The position numbers and the translations under genes are program-made. Positions 52,001 through 60,183 of a stretch of DNA of 64,000 nt are shown here, piece after piece. Within the stretch, counting starts at the first letter, position 1. Each line of letters begins with the position of its first letter. The notes under the pieces were generated by a model. It searched no databases and was not told where the DNA came from. It saw only the letters and a program-made list of their open reading frames with translations. The stretch comes from Clostridia bacterium (GTDB taxonomy: Bacteria > Bacillota > Clostridia > Oscillospirales > CAG-272): NCBI GenBank assembly GCA_017456985.1, contig JAFTIH010000031.1, forward strand, positions 64,421-128,420, given 5' to 3'.

Positions 52001-52481
52001 GGCAATTCTCGAAGTTCTTCTTGCAGAATATGCACAAAACGGCTCCTTCGCTGAGGATTACTATAATAAGACGATCAGCGTGGTGCTTGACAGAGCAGTT
52101 CTCGAAGCAAAGATCACTGCGATCACGGGTGTTGCCGTAACGGATGCCCAAAAGAAGATCCTTGATGATTTCGCGGCACGCTACAGCGTTGCAGCAGATT
52201 ATACGCTTACCATCGACACCTTCGGTGCAAGCGTTTCGCTTAAGAACAACACCACGACCTCTTTTGCACAGGATAATGACTATAAGGAAACGGACTACAC
52301 GGAAAGCTCCGGACGTATCGTTCTCGTAACCTATGCTAAGGGGGATTCTACGGTTCATTTCGTTTTGAACTACAATAGCTTTGACGTTGCTGTCCGTTTG
52401 AAGGGCGTGAACGGTGAGGAAGCCTTTACGGTTCCCGCAAACGGTTTCTGCCGCATCAACGGCACGGTCCTTGCAGACTAA
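49032..52481 (+). CDS. Large exported protein of unknown function (1150 aa), possibly lipid-anchored, possibly a glycan-processing enzyme; start at ATG 49032
   Basis: The N-terminus MKKIISFVLALITLISC fits a lipobox (L-I-S-C), and an alternative SPase I site follows (PASA/A). There are no TM segments after that. A central segment (YVETLGS..LTGYANGGLDSKYPEKVKW..GIYPEFEF) is reminiscent of a glycosidase-like barrel. No catalytic motif was identified. Confidence 0.55.
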   Translation: MKKIISFVLALITLISCFSVMSVPASAATVDTSKDYMQVLKDAYNYKYKTGYEYLTDQVAKGNMQLYARANGFELYCNPFTGEVAYVNIATQKVLTTNPHDFSTIHEMLGGSVNPNPAKNDTFTDLLSQIEVTFTDNEGQLRRFTSIVEAASRNQIVVKYMKNGLRVEYTMGRLNTTYLLPGVILEEDFKANIMTPIEEYLAWVESKVGMDSKEYEEVYATIMKLDSWYRPSTYETETVTSLRDDLAKKYPVYKPDPNDPENTGKTIYYLDENSEQGITDRERVTLENLLKAYCPDLDHDMLDEMHAKTGYTPDVNETPVFRAAIEYVLQDDGLSVRLPASSIRFDETKYTLEHVKILQYFGAGNLNNDGYVFYPDGSGAIIEFGDFYSKTNADNRESFTLSSSVYGEDHAYYKIDVNAKHSEVIRVPVFGIVEQQENNAYSDGYYDSGFFAVLEDGDALADIATFFGGGQFNFAAAYAMFYPRPSDAYNLADAISVADNKEMTIVSDKKYTGFYKLKYTMLFDDSELMKSTAEKSNRFFASYSGMAAVYRDYLKRAGVISQLTEEEVTENKIPLYVETLGSVETVKKILSIPVTVDVPLTSFDDIETMYNQLAKKNITNLNFKLTGYANGGLDSKYPEKVKWVRAVGGKSGFADLQEFAAEKGVGIYPEFEFSYASADSGLRLKKYAARAVDDRYATKQVYDPVYQKFDSFFDVCVSPDSIYELVGKFMKKYSKYEPTGISVSTLGGDLNSNFNKDNPLNRQDAEDYIKDSLKMLNEEYSSVLAEGGNIYSVEYLDHILNLPLDASNYKYESKSVPFLGMVLHSYINYTGNVMNEAGDSTYQMLKAIENGSFLYYMLIYQNSTLLKEDEELSKYYSVRFDIWFNTIVEQYNTLNGAVGDLQLYEIVDHEFLIGERVLKPSELDAIVNSLDAKIASDLEVQYKALVSKQRAELRLKQIAQNLILAGNTTLDDLKQKVLYVLGGTLNASQVAILEVLLAEYAQNGSFAEDYYNKTISVVLDRAVLEAKITAITGVAVTDAQKKILDDFAARYSVAADYTLTIDTFGASVSLKNNTTTSFAQDNDYKETDYTESSGRIVLVTYAKGDSTVHFVLNYNSFDVAVRLKGVNGEEAFTVPANGFCRINGTVLAD

Positions 52482-52498
52482 GAAGGGAGGGATAGAAT

Positions 52499-53479
52499 AT
52501 GAATCAGGCACAAAATAACGTTTCTGCCCCTGTGGTAGAGGCTCCTGTCAAAAAGAAAAAGCCCGTTTCGCTGACGAAGAGAAAAGCGCGCGCGGGTTGG
52601 CTGTTCGTTCTCCCCTTCGTCGTCGGCTTGCTTGTTCTTTACATCCCGATCATTTTAGACTCGATCTGCTTCTCGTTCTTTGAGATCATTCCTACGACGA
52701 GCGGCTACTCCTTGCAGTTCCAGGGAATCAAGTTCTATCATCAGGCGCTCTTCGTCAACGCAACCTTCACCACCACCCTTGTGGCGGGTATCAAGCAGCT
52801 GCTCGTTGACACGCCTATGATCCTGATCTTCTCGCTCTTCATTGCAGTCGTTCTGAACCAGAAAATGATGGGACGCGCTGCATTCCGTGCGATCTTCTTC
52901 ATCCCGGTCGTTCTTTCGACCGGTTTGATGGAGACCATCAACGCATCGGATACGCTGTCCGATTATATGGGCGGCGGCTCCGGTGGCGGTATCTCGGACG
53001 GTTCGGGAACAAACGCTTCCTCGGAGATCGTTTCTGCCGTGGATATTGAGCGCTTGTTTGAGGGATTGAAGATCGGTACGGGATTAGTCGAGTACGTTTC
53101 CAATGCAGTAAACAGTATTTATGATATTGTAAACCGTTCCGGCGTTCAGATGCTGATCTTCCTTGCAGGCTTGCAGGGAATCTCGCCCTCCATCTACGAG
53201 GCGAGCAGCATTGAGGGCGCTACGGCGTGGGAAACGTTCTGGAAGATCACCTTCCCAATGATCAGCCCGATGATCTTGGTAAACGCTATCTACACCATTA
53301 TCGACTCGTTTACCAGCCAAAGCAACGTCGTGATGTCGTTTATTGCGGGTATTTACCAAAACTCCCAGGCAACGGCAACGGCAATGTCTTGGATCTACTT
53401 CATCGTCATTATGGCAATCATCGGCTTGTTCGTTCTGATTGCTTCGTCGTTCGTCTTTTATCAAAGACGCGATTCGTAA
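52499..53479 (+). CDS. Sugar ABC transporter permease (MalF-like), pair 2
   Basis: It has the EAA loop YEASSIEGATAWETFWKITFPMISP and six TM segments. Confidence 0.8.
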   Translation: MNQAQNNVSAPVVEAPVKKKKPVSLTKRKARAGWLFVLPFVVGLLVLYIPIILDSICFSFFEIIPTTSGYSLQFQGIKFYHQALFVNATFTTTLVAGIKQLLVDTPMILIFSLFIAVVLNQKMMGRAAFRAIFFIPVVLSTGLMETINASDTLSDYMGGGSGGGISDGSGTNASSEIVSAVDIERLFEGLKIGTGLVEYVSNAVNSIYDIVNRSGVQMLIFLAGLQGISPSIYEASSIEGATAWETFWKITFPMISPMILVNAIYTIIDSFTSQSNVVMSFIAGIYQNSQATATAMSWIYFIVIMAIIGLFVLIASSFVFYQRRDS

Positions 53480-53494
53480 GAAAGGAGGTACCGT

Positions 53495-54565
53495 ATGGAT
53501 AACACGCAAAAAGCGCCTAAGGTTATGCGCGAAAGCAAAAACAGAATTCGCGTGGAGTTTGAGGACAGAACGCCCTTTTGGCAGCGTATGAAGTCCAAGA
53601 TCTTCTCGATGTACTTCTTGACCAACGTTGTTTGGTACCTCTTCCGCTTCATTCTGATGATTGGCGTTTCGTACGTCATTCTGTTCCCGTTCTTTTCCAA
53701 GATCGCGGGCTCGTTTATGTCCCCCTCCGATTTCGTTGACCCTACGGTCTGCGTTATTCCGAAAAGCCCGACGCTTGATATTTACAAAGCGATCATCCTT
53801 GAAAACGGCTATCTTTCCGCTCTTTTCAATACGATCGTCCTGTCCTTGTCCACCGCACTGATCCAGACGTTTGTCGCAGCTTTGGTTGGCTACGGACTTT
53901 GTAAGTTCAAGTTCAAGGGCAACTCCGTGGTTATGATCTTCGTTATCATCACGATGATCATTCCTCACGAGACCATCCGTCTTTCTATGATGCAGCACTT
54001 CCGTTACTTTGATATCGGCGGTGTGCAGGGACTTAATATCCCCGGTCTTATTCAGGGTATCGTAGGAATTTTTGGCGGACACATCGAGATCAATTTGATG
54101 GAATCCTTTGCACCGCTGATCCTTTTGTCGGTCTTTGGTCTTGGCTTCAAGAACGGTCTTTACATCTTTATGATGCGCCAGTTCTTTACGGGTGTCCCGG
54201 ATGAGCTTGAAGAATCGGCATACGTGGACGGCTCCAACACCTTCCGCACCTTCTTCCAGATCATTCTCCCGCTCTCCATCCCGATGATGGTTACCATCTT
54301 CCTCTTCGCCTTCTGCTGGCAGTGGACGGATGACTTCTACACCGGTATCTTCTTTACAGGTGACGGTCCGATCCGCTTGATGCCGGATATCCTAGAGATT
54401 CCGAAGAGCTTGGAGACCGCCGCAAGCTACGCGGCACAAAAGCTGTACTATACAGCGATCAACAATACCTGCGGTATTATGATCATACTGCCTCTGGTCA
54501 TTCTTTACCTGTTCTGCCAGAAGTTCCTGGTACAGGGTATCGAAAGATCCGGTCTTGTTGGCTAA
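53495..54565 (+). CDS. Carbohydrate ABC transporter permease (MalG-like), pair 2
   Basis: It has the EAA loop EESAYVDGSNTFRTFFQIILPLSIP. Confidence 0.8.
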   Translation: MDNTQKAPKVMRESKNRIRVEFEDRTPFWQRMKSKIFSMYFLTNVVWYLFRFILMIGVSYVILFPFFSKIAGSFMSPSDFVDPTVCVIPKSPTLDIYKAIILENGYLSALFNTIVLSLSTALIQTFVAALVGYGLCKFKFKGNSVVMIFVIITMIIPHETIRLSMMQHFRYFDIGGVQGLNIPGLIQGIVGIFGGHIEINLMESFAPLILLSVFGLGFKNGLYIFMMRQFFTGVPDELEESAYVDGSNTFRTFFQIILPLSIPMMVTIFLFAFCWQWTDDFYTGIFFTGDGPIRLMPDILEIPKSLETAASYAAQKLYYTAINNTCGIMIILPLVILYLFCQKFLVQGIERSGLVG

Positions 54566-54576
54566 AAAACAAACTA

Positions 54577-54611
54577 TGCCCTTGCATCGCTTTGCTTTGC
54601 AAGGGCATTTT
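54577..54611 (+). terminator. Rho-independent terminator ending the 13-kb operon
   Basis: Stem tgcccttgc..(13 nt)..gcaagggca followed by tttt. Confidence 0.6.
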
Positions 54612-54636
54612 AAAAACAGAAAACAAGGAACGCCTT

Positions 54637-56025
54637 ATGCTACCAAAAGAATTTCTTTCTCGTATGGAACGGATCCTAGGAAATTCCTATCCCGAATTTC
54701 TTGCAGCGCTTTCCGAAGAAGCCAATGTTCACGGTATTCGCCGAAATGCGGAAAAAATTGAACACGAGACACTTTCGTCCGCCTTAGAAGGGCATATCAC
54801 ACCCCTTTCTTATTACGCCGATGGCTTTATCTCGGATATTGAAAAGATCGGACATCATCCTTTGCATCACGCGGGGGCGATTTATGCCCAGGACCCCGGT
54901 GCTATGGCACCGCTTTCCGCTCTCTCTATCAAGCGTGGGTGGTGGGTTGCCGATCTTTGTGCTGCCCCGGGTGGCAAGAGCACGCAGATTGCCGCTGCCG
55001 TTGGGGATGAAGGCTTTGTGCTGTCCAACGAGATCAGCGCATCCCGTGTCAAGGCACTCGTCAGTAATATTGAGAGAATGGGCGTCCGTAACGTCCTCGT
55101 TACCAATACGGATACGAAAACGCTTTCGTGTAGCTATGGTAGCGTGTTTGACCTCGTTGTGGCAGACGCGCCTTGCTCGGGGGAAGGCATGTTCCGTAAG
55201 TACGACTATGCACAAACGGAGTGGAGCGAGGAGCTGATCCCCGTTTGCGCCGCAAGACAAAAAGAGATTTTAGACAATGCTGCACCAATGGTAAAACCGG
55301 GGGGATATTTGCTTTATTCCACTTGCACATTTTCAGTGGAAGAAAATGAAGAAAACGTCGATGCGTTTTTAAGTCGTCACCCCGAGTTTACCGTTTTATC
55401 GGTTCCCGATACGCTTTGCGCGGTAACGGATGATGGAATTGCGTTTGATGGCGCCCGCCATCCCGAGGCTTTAAAAAAGGCGAGAAGGTTTTATCCGCAT
55501 CGCTCACGCGGTGAAGGGCAGTTTATGTGTCTGATGCAAAAATCTGTCGAAGATGATCGTGCTTGCATGCCAAGAAAGCCGTATGAAGCTATGGAAGCCC
55601 TTACGCGCGAGGAAACAAAGCTTGCCGAAAGGTTGTTTTCCGACACGTTAGAAGCACCGCTTGAAGAGCTTCTACCCTATCATATTCTCAAAAAACATAG
55701 GGATATGCTATATCTGGTCGGGAAAAACTGGAGTTATCCCACACACGGTGCATATCGGTGCGGCGTTGCCGTAGGAACCTTCCAAAAGGGAAGAATTGAG
55801 CCACATCACCAGTATTTTTCCGCGCTGGGCAGATTTTTCAAGCGAAGAATTGATCTTTCACTCGATGATCCTCTTCTGGGTGCCTATTTGCACGGCGAAA
55901 CAATCCCGACGAAGGTGGTTGGCGGCTATGCTGTCGTTAGCGTTTGCGGGGCTCCGATCGGCGGTGTAAAATGCAGTGACGGCGTCGCCAAGAATCATTA
56001 TCCCAAGGGGCTTCGGACATTATAA
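54637..56025 (+). CDS. RsmB/RsmF (NOL1/NOP2/Sun) family RNA m5C methyltransferase; start at ATG 54637
   Basis: Carries CAAPGGKSTQIA, DAPCSGEGMFRK and YSTCT motifs, with a PUA-like C-terminal extension. Confidence 0.8.
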   Translation: MLPKEFLSRMERILGNSYPEFLAALSEEANVHGIRRNAEKIEHETLSSALEGHITPLSYYADGFISDIEKIGHHPLHHAGAIYAQDPGAMAPLSALSIKRGWWVADLCAAPGGKSTQIAAAVGDEGFVLSNEISASRVKALVSNIERMGVRNVLVTNTDTKTLSCSYGSVFDLVVADAPCSGEGMFRKYDYAQTEWSEELIPVCAARQKEILDNAAPMVKPGGYLLYSTCTFSVEENEENVDAFLSRHPEFTVLSVPDTLCAVTDDGIAFDGARHPEALKKARRFYPHRSRGEGQFMCLMQKSVEDDRACMPRKPYEAMEALTREETKLAERLFSDTLEAPLEELLPYHILKKHRDMLYLVGKNWSYPTHGAYRCGVAVGTFQKGRIEPHHQYFSALGRFFKRRIDLSLDDPLLGAYLHGETIPTKVVGGYAVVSVCGAPIGGVKCSDGVAKNHYPKGLRTL

Positions 56026-56031
56026 AAAGGA

Positions 56032-56069
56032 AAGACCGCTCGACGTTTTTGTCAAGCGGTCTTGTTTTT
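56032..56069. terminator. Terminator hairpin shared by the convergent rsmF-like and cysE genes
   Basis: Stem aagaccgct..(14 nt)..agcggtctt followed by gttttt. It overlaps the cysE stop. Confidence 0.55.
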
Positions 56070-56979
56070 ACTCTTTATTGATGGAATCACGCTTCAAGGT
56101 CAGCTCCTGGGTTGCGGCAAAAACCTTCGTATTGGGCGGTATGGGCTTGGTTACGAAGCAATTACCGCCGATGACGGAATTGGCGCCAATGACGGTATTT
56201 CCGCCGAGGATGGTTGCTCCCGCGTAGATGGTGACGTTATCCTCTACGGTGGGGTGGCGGCGCACGCCCGCAAGGCTCTGACCGCCGCGCGTCGAAAGCG
56301 CGCCAAGCGTTACGCCCTGATATACCTTCACGTTCTTACCGATCACGCAGGTTTCACCGATAACGATGCCAGTACCGTGGTCGATAAAGAAATTCTCGCC
56401 GATCGTTGCACCCGCGTTAATGTCAATTCCCGTTAAGCCGTGTGCGTATTCCGTCATAATGCGGGGAAGAAGCGGTACCTTGGCAAGGTAAAGCTCGTGG
56501 GCAAAGCGATACACGGAGATGGCGTAGAAGCCGGGGTAGCAAATGATGATCTCTTCCTTGCTTTGGGCGGCAGGGTCTCCGATAAAGCCTGCATTCACGT
56601 CCTTTTGCAGCATCGTTTGTATTGTGGGAAGCTGTTCAAAAAAGCCGTCGCAGATCGCCACTGCCTTTTCTTCAAACTCTGAAAAATCCTTTTCGGGAGC
56701 AAAGAAAGAAAACGCAAGCACGATTTGGCGCTTTAAACGGTAATACGTTTCGTATAACAGACGGTCAAGCGCGTCCTCCGAGGTCAAAACGGAGCTCTCG
56801 CCCTCTTCAAAGAAGCCGGGGAAAAGGATACGGTGCAGGTTCAAAATGATTGCAATGATCTCACTGCGGTTGGGCATAGGGCGGTGGGTCGAAGCGCGCA
56901 TCGGAAGCTCGGGGCTTTGATAGTTGGAAAGCAGTTCCGCCATTGCGCGGTCAAGGTTGCTTTTGCTACTGTTTTTCAT
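56068..56979 (-). CDS. cysE: Serine O-acetyltransferase (long form)
   Basis: It has the hexapeptide-repeat C-terminus GATIGENFFIDHGTGIVIGETCVIGKNVKVYQGVTLG and lies directly downstream of cysK. Confidence 0.85.
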   Translation of the reverse strand: MKNSSKSNLDRAMAELLSNYQSPELPMRASTHRPMPNRSEIIAIILNLHRILFPGFFEEGESSVLTSEDALDRLLYETYYRLKRQIVLAFSFFAPEKDFSEFEEKAVAICDGFFEQLPTIQTMLQKDVNAGFIGDPAAQSKEEIIICYPGFYAISVYRFAHELYLAKVPLLPRIMTEYAHGLTGIDINAGATIGENFFIDHGTGIVIGETCVIGKNVKVYQGVTLGALSTRGGQSLAGVRRHPTVEDNVTIYAGATILGGNTVIGANSVIGGNCFVTKPIPPNTKVFAATQELTLKRDSINKE

Positions 56980-56988
56980 AACTTCTCC

Positions 56989-57915
56989 TTACTCAAAAAG
57001 CGGGGTAGAGAGATAATGTTCTCCCGTATCAGGTAAAACGACAACGATGTTCTTATCTTTAAATTCTTCTTTTTTCGACAGTAAAATTGCGGCAGACAAC
57101 GCAGCGCCCGACGAGATTCCTACGAGGACACCCTCGCAGCGTGCCATTCTCCGCGCGGCGTCGTACGCATCTGCCTCGGTAACGATCAAAACCTCGTCAA
57201 GCAACTCTCGTGAGAGTGTTTCGGGAACGAAATTTGCACCGATGCCTTGAATGCCGTGTGCTCCCGCGTGCCCTTGGGAAAGCAGGGGAGAAGCGGCAGG
57301 CTCCACGCCATAGACTAAAATTGCGGGATTTTTTTCTTTCAGGTAGCGCGCGCAACCGCTAACGGTTCCGCCCGTACCGATTCCTGCTACGAGGACGTCG
57401 ATTTTTCCGTCAAGATCTGCCCAGATTTCGGGACCCGTCGTCAAATAATGCGCCGTCGGGTTTTGGGGATTCGCAAACTGATCGGGAATATACGATCCAC
57501 CGATTTCCTTGGCAAGAAGCTTTGCTTTTTCGATGGACCCCTTCATACCAAGAGCTCCGGGTGTCAAAACGACCTCGGCGCCGTAAGCGCGCATCAGCTT
57601 TTGTCGCTCGATGCTCATCGAATCCGGCATCACGATCACAACGCGGTACCCACGTGCGGCACCAATGGCAGCAAGGCCGATTCCCGTGTTTCCCGAGGTA
57701 GGCTCAATAATCGTGGATCCTTTTTGCAAAAGTCCTTTATCTTCCGCATCGCGGATCATTGCAAGGGCAATACGGTCCTTCGCGCTGGAGGCGGGATTGT
57801 AGCACTCAAGCTTAGCATAGAGATGTGCCATACCATCACACGCGCTCTCTATCCGATGCAAAGCAAGTAAAGGGGTTTTGCCTACAAGGGCATCAATATT
57901 TTCGTAAATCGCCAT
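56989..57915 (-). CDS. cysK: Cysteine synthase A (O-acetylserine sulfhydrylase); start at ATG 57915 behind AAGGAG
   Basis: Carries GKTPLL, the PLP-lysine region NPASSAKDR, and SGNTGIGLA. Confidence 0.9.
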   Translation of the reverse strand: MAIYENIDALVGKTPLLALHRIESACDGMAHLYAKLECYNPASSAKDRIALAMIRDAEDKGLLQKGSTIIEPTSGNTGIGLAAIGAARGYRVVIVMPDSMSIERQKLMRAYGAEVVLTPGALGMKGSIEKAKLLAKEIGGSYIPDQFANPQNPTAHYLTTGPEIWADLDGKIDVLVAGIGTGGTVSGCARYLKEKNPAILVYGVEPAASPLLSQGHAGAHGIQGIGANFVPETLSRELLDEVLIVTEADAYDAARRMARCEGVLVGISSGAALSAAILLSKKEEFKDKNIVVVLPDTGEHYLSTPLFE

Positions 57916-57948
57916 AGCTTCTCCTTGATCCATAGGGAATTCTTTTTT

Positions 57949-57977
57949 ATTATAGCAACGAGAACGAAAAAAGTCAA
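57949..57977 (-). promoter_or_regulatory. Sigma-A promoter of cysK-cysE (TTGACT-17-TATAAT)
   Basis: The reverse complement reads ttgact tttttcgttctcgttgc tataat. Confidence 0.65.
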
Positions 57978-58006
57978 GAAAAAGGCGGGTTTTCTTGCGT
58001 TTTTCC

Positions 58007-58035
58007 TTGCTTTTTTATCAATAATATGCTATACT
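58007..58035 (+). promoter_or_regulatory. Putative sigma-A promoter of smpB (TTGCTT-17-TATACT)
   Basis: Reads ttgctt ttttatcaataatatgc tatact. Confidence 0.5.
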
Positions 58036-58071
58036 AATCGTGTCATCATTCAGAAAGGGGTGAGAAAAAGA

Positions 58072-58548
58072 GTGGCAGAACAAGCAAAAGGAAAAATGAT
58101 AGCCCAAAATAAAAAGGCATATCATGATTATTTTGTAGAAGACACGTACGAAGCGGGAATTGCCCTGTCCGGCACGGAGGTGAAGTCTGTGCGTGCGGGC
58201 AGAGTCAATTTAAAGGATTCCTATTGTAGCTTCAAAGATGGAGAGCTATATGCCCTCGGTTTTCATATCAGCCCTTATGAGCACGGAAACCGCTTTAATA
58301 CCGATCCTATGCGGGAAAAGAAACTTCTGCTCCATCGGCAAGAGCTTCGCAAGCTGCTTGGTCTTTTAACGCGTGACGGCTACACGCTCGTTCCGCTTTC
58401 GCTCTATTTTTCTCGCGGAAAGGTGAAAATGGGGCTTGGTCTTTGTAAAGGTAAAAAGCTTTACGACAAGCGAGAATCCATCGCAAGAAGTGAAGCTTCC
58501 CGTATGATGGAGCGTACCGTAAAAACAAAGCAGTATAAGGAAGATTAA
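58072..58548 (+). CDS. smpB: SsrA-binding protein SmpB (GTG 58072; alternative ATG 58096)
   Basis: Carries [34 protein letters not shown] and [11 protein letters not shown]. Confidence 0.9.
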   Translation: MAEQAKGKMIAQNKKAYHDYFVEDTYEAGIALSGTEVKSVRAGRVNLKDSYCSFKDGELYALGFHISPYEHGNRFNTDPMREKKLLLHRQELRKLLGLLTRDGYTLVPLSLYFSRGKVKMGLGLCKGKKLYDKRESIARSEASRMMERTVKTKQYKED

Positions 58549-58551
58549 AAA

Positions 58552-58577
58552 ACACAGAGCAATCGCTCTGTGTTTTT
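58552..58577. terminator. Bidirectional terminator between smpB and the IMPase-family gene
   Basis: Stem acacagagc aatc gctctgtgt, flanked by A- and T-runs. Confidence 0.75.
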
Positions 58578-58580
58578 GCA

Positions 58581-59372
58581 TTAGGAAACCGTTTTCTTTA
58601 AAACCGAGAAAGCCTGATCATAAAGCTCGGCAGAGGCTGCAAACACGGGAGACGGTCTGGAAAAATCAATTTCATTTCCGTCCATATCCGTAATCTTGGC
58701 GCCCGCTTCCTTGATTAAAAGCTGACCCGCGGCAATATCCCAAGGAGATAGCATAAATTCGAAGAAAATATCATTTCTTCCTGCGGCAAGATAAGCAAGG
58801 TCCAGTGCCGCAGAGCCGAGGCGTCGCACGTCGCTTGTGACGTTAAAAAACGCCTTAACGGTATCGAACGTCTTTTGCGTCAGATCCTTGTAATAAGGAG
58901 CGGTTCCGTACGCCACGATAGCGTAGGCAAGATCACGTGCCTTCGTATGGATCGGCTTTCCGTTGCAACGGGCGCCGCCACCGCGCGTTGCGGTAAAAAG
59001 CTCGTTCTGATAAGGATCAAGAACCGCCGCAAAAACAGCTTCGCCGTACGAAAAAGCAGCGAGAGAGATCGCGGAGTGGTGATAGTCGTGAACAAAGTTC
59101 GTCGTTCCGTCAATGGGGTCCATAATAAAACAAAGCTCATCTTGAAGGACGGCAGGGTCGTTATCCTTTTCCTCTGCAATAAAGGATGCTTGCGGATAGC
59201 GCGCTTTGAGCTGGTCGATCAGATATTTTTGTACGGCAACGTCATAAACAGTCACCAGATTGGCGGGATCCGCGCCTTTTTCCGCCACGCTGTCGCCGCA
59301 AAGGTTAGCATCCGTCATAATACGCCCTGCTTCATAAAGAATAGGGGATAGCGTTTTTTCAAAATCAAGCAT
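58581..59372 (-). CDS. Inositol monophosphatase family protein
   Basis: Carries the FIMDPIDGTTNFVH and WDIAAG motifs. Confidence 0.85.
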   Translation of the reverse strand: MLDFEKTLSPILYEAGRIMTDANLCGDSVAEKGADPANLVTVYDVAVQKYLIDQLKARYPQASFIAEEKDNDPAVLQDELCFIMDPIDGTTNFVHDYHHSAISLAAFSYGEAVFAAVLDPYQNELFTATRGGGARCNGKPIHTKARDLAYAIVAYGTAPYYKDLTQKTFDTVKAFFNVTSDVRRLGSAALDLAYLAAGRNDIFFEFMLSPWDIAAGQLLIKEAGAKITDMDGNEIDFSRPSPVFAASAELYDQAFSVLKKTVS

Positions 59373-59383
59373 AATGACCTCAG

Positions 59384-59941
59384 TTACAGGAGTTTTTCAT
59401 TATACTGCGCTCTGGCACCGCCGATGAATTTGGGGCGGACGCGTGCGGCGATGATGGGCGCACAACCGATCGATTTGACGGCAAGGCGCACAGGGACCGC
59501 CACTCGCTTTAAGTGCATACCGATCAGCGTCCCTCCAATATCCAGTCCTGCATCGGCAGAAATGAATTCTACGGCGATAGGGTCCTCAAAAGCGGCGTAT
59601 GCCGCCGTCGCAAAGGAACCGCCTGCCTTGGGTGCGGGGACGACGTTGACCTCATCTGCAAAGGGAAATGCGCGTCTTTCGACGATTAAGGCACGGTTGA
59701 GGTGCTCGCAGCACTGCGCGGCAAGAAAAATTCCGCGCGCCGAGAGAACGGATAAGATCGCATCCAAGACGACCTTAGCAACGTCGGGCGCGGAATCCGT
59801 ACCGATCTTTGCGCCGCATACCTCACTGGTGGAGCAGCCGACTACCAGTATCTGGCCTGCCCGTAAACCGCCTACGGTGCAAAGCTCCTCGACGGCAGAT
59901 TTTGCTTCTTGTGCAATGCGTTCTTTTTCTATCGTTGTCAT
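59384..59941 (-). CDS. TIGR01440/UPF0340 (YwlG-like) family protein; start at ATG 59941
   Basis: ILVVGCSTSEVCGAKIGTDS..FLAAQCCEHLNRALIVERR matches B. subtilis YwlG as I recall it. Confidence 0.75.
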   Translation of the reverse strand: MTTIEKERIAQEAKSAVEELCTVGGLRAGQILVVGCSTSEVCGAKIGTDSAPDVAKVVLDAILSVLSARGIFLAAQCCEHLNRALIVERRAFPFADEVNVVPAPKAGGSFATAAYAAFEDPIAVEFISADAGLDIGGTLIGMHLKRVAVPVRLAVKSIGCAPIIAARVRPKFIGGARAQYNEKLL

Positions 59942-60183
59942 AACGTAACCTTCTTTTTCGTTTTTCGTCCTTATTTTACCACCTTTTTGCAGAAAAGTCA
60001 ATCGATATGTTCTTAAAACACAAAAAAAGAACGACTTCCCATCAAAAAAATCTGCTTTTTTCTTGCTTTTCTCGCCGCTTTATGATAAAATAAATGAAGA
60101 TAGGATTTTGGAAAAACCACCTGTTTTGCATAAAGATTCCCATACTTGCTAAATAATGGAACAAATTACGCAGGGAGGCTTTT

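Noticed and set aside
58549-58640. tmRNA (ssrA) gene expected next to smpB.
   Set aside because: smpB is followed directly by a terminator and by the stop of the convergent IMPase-family gene. There is no tRNA-Ala-like acceptor or TpsiC sequence and no tag-peptide ORF.
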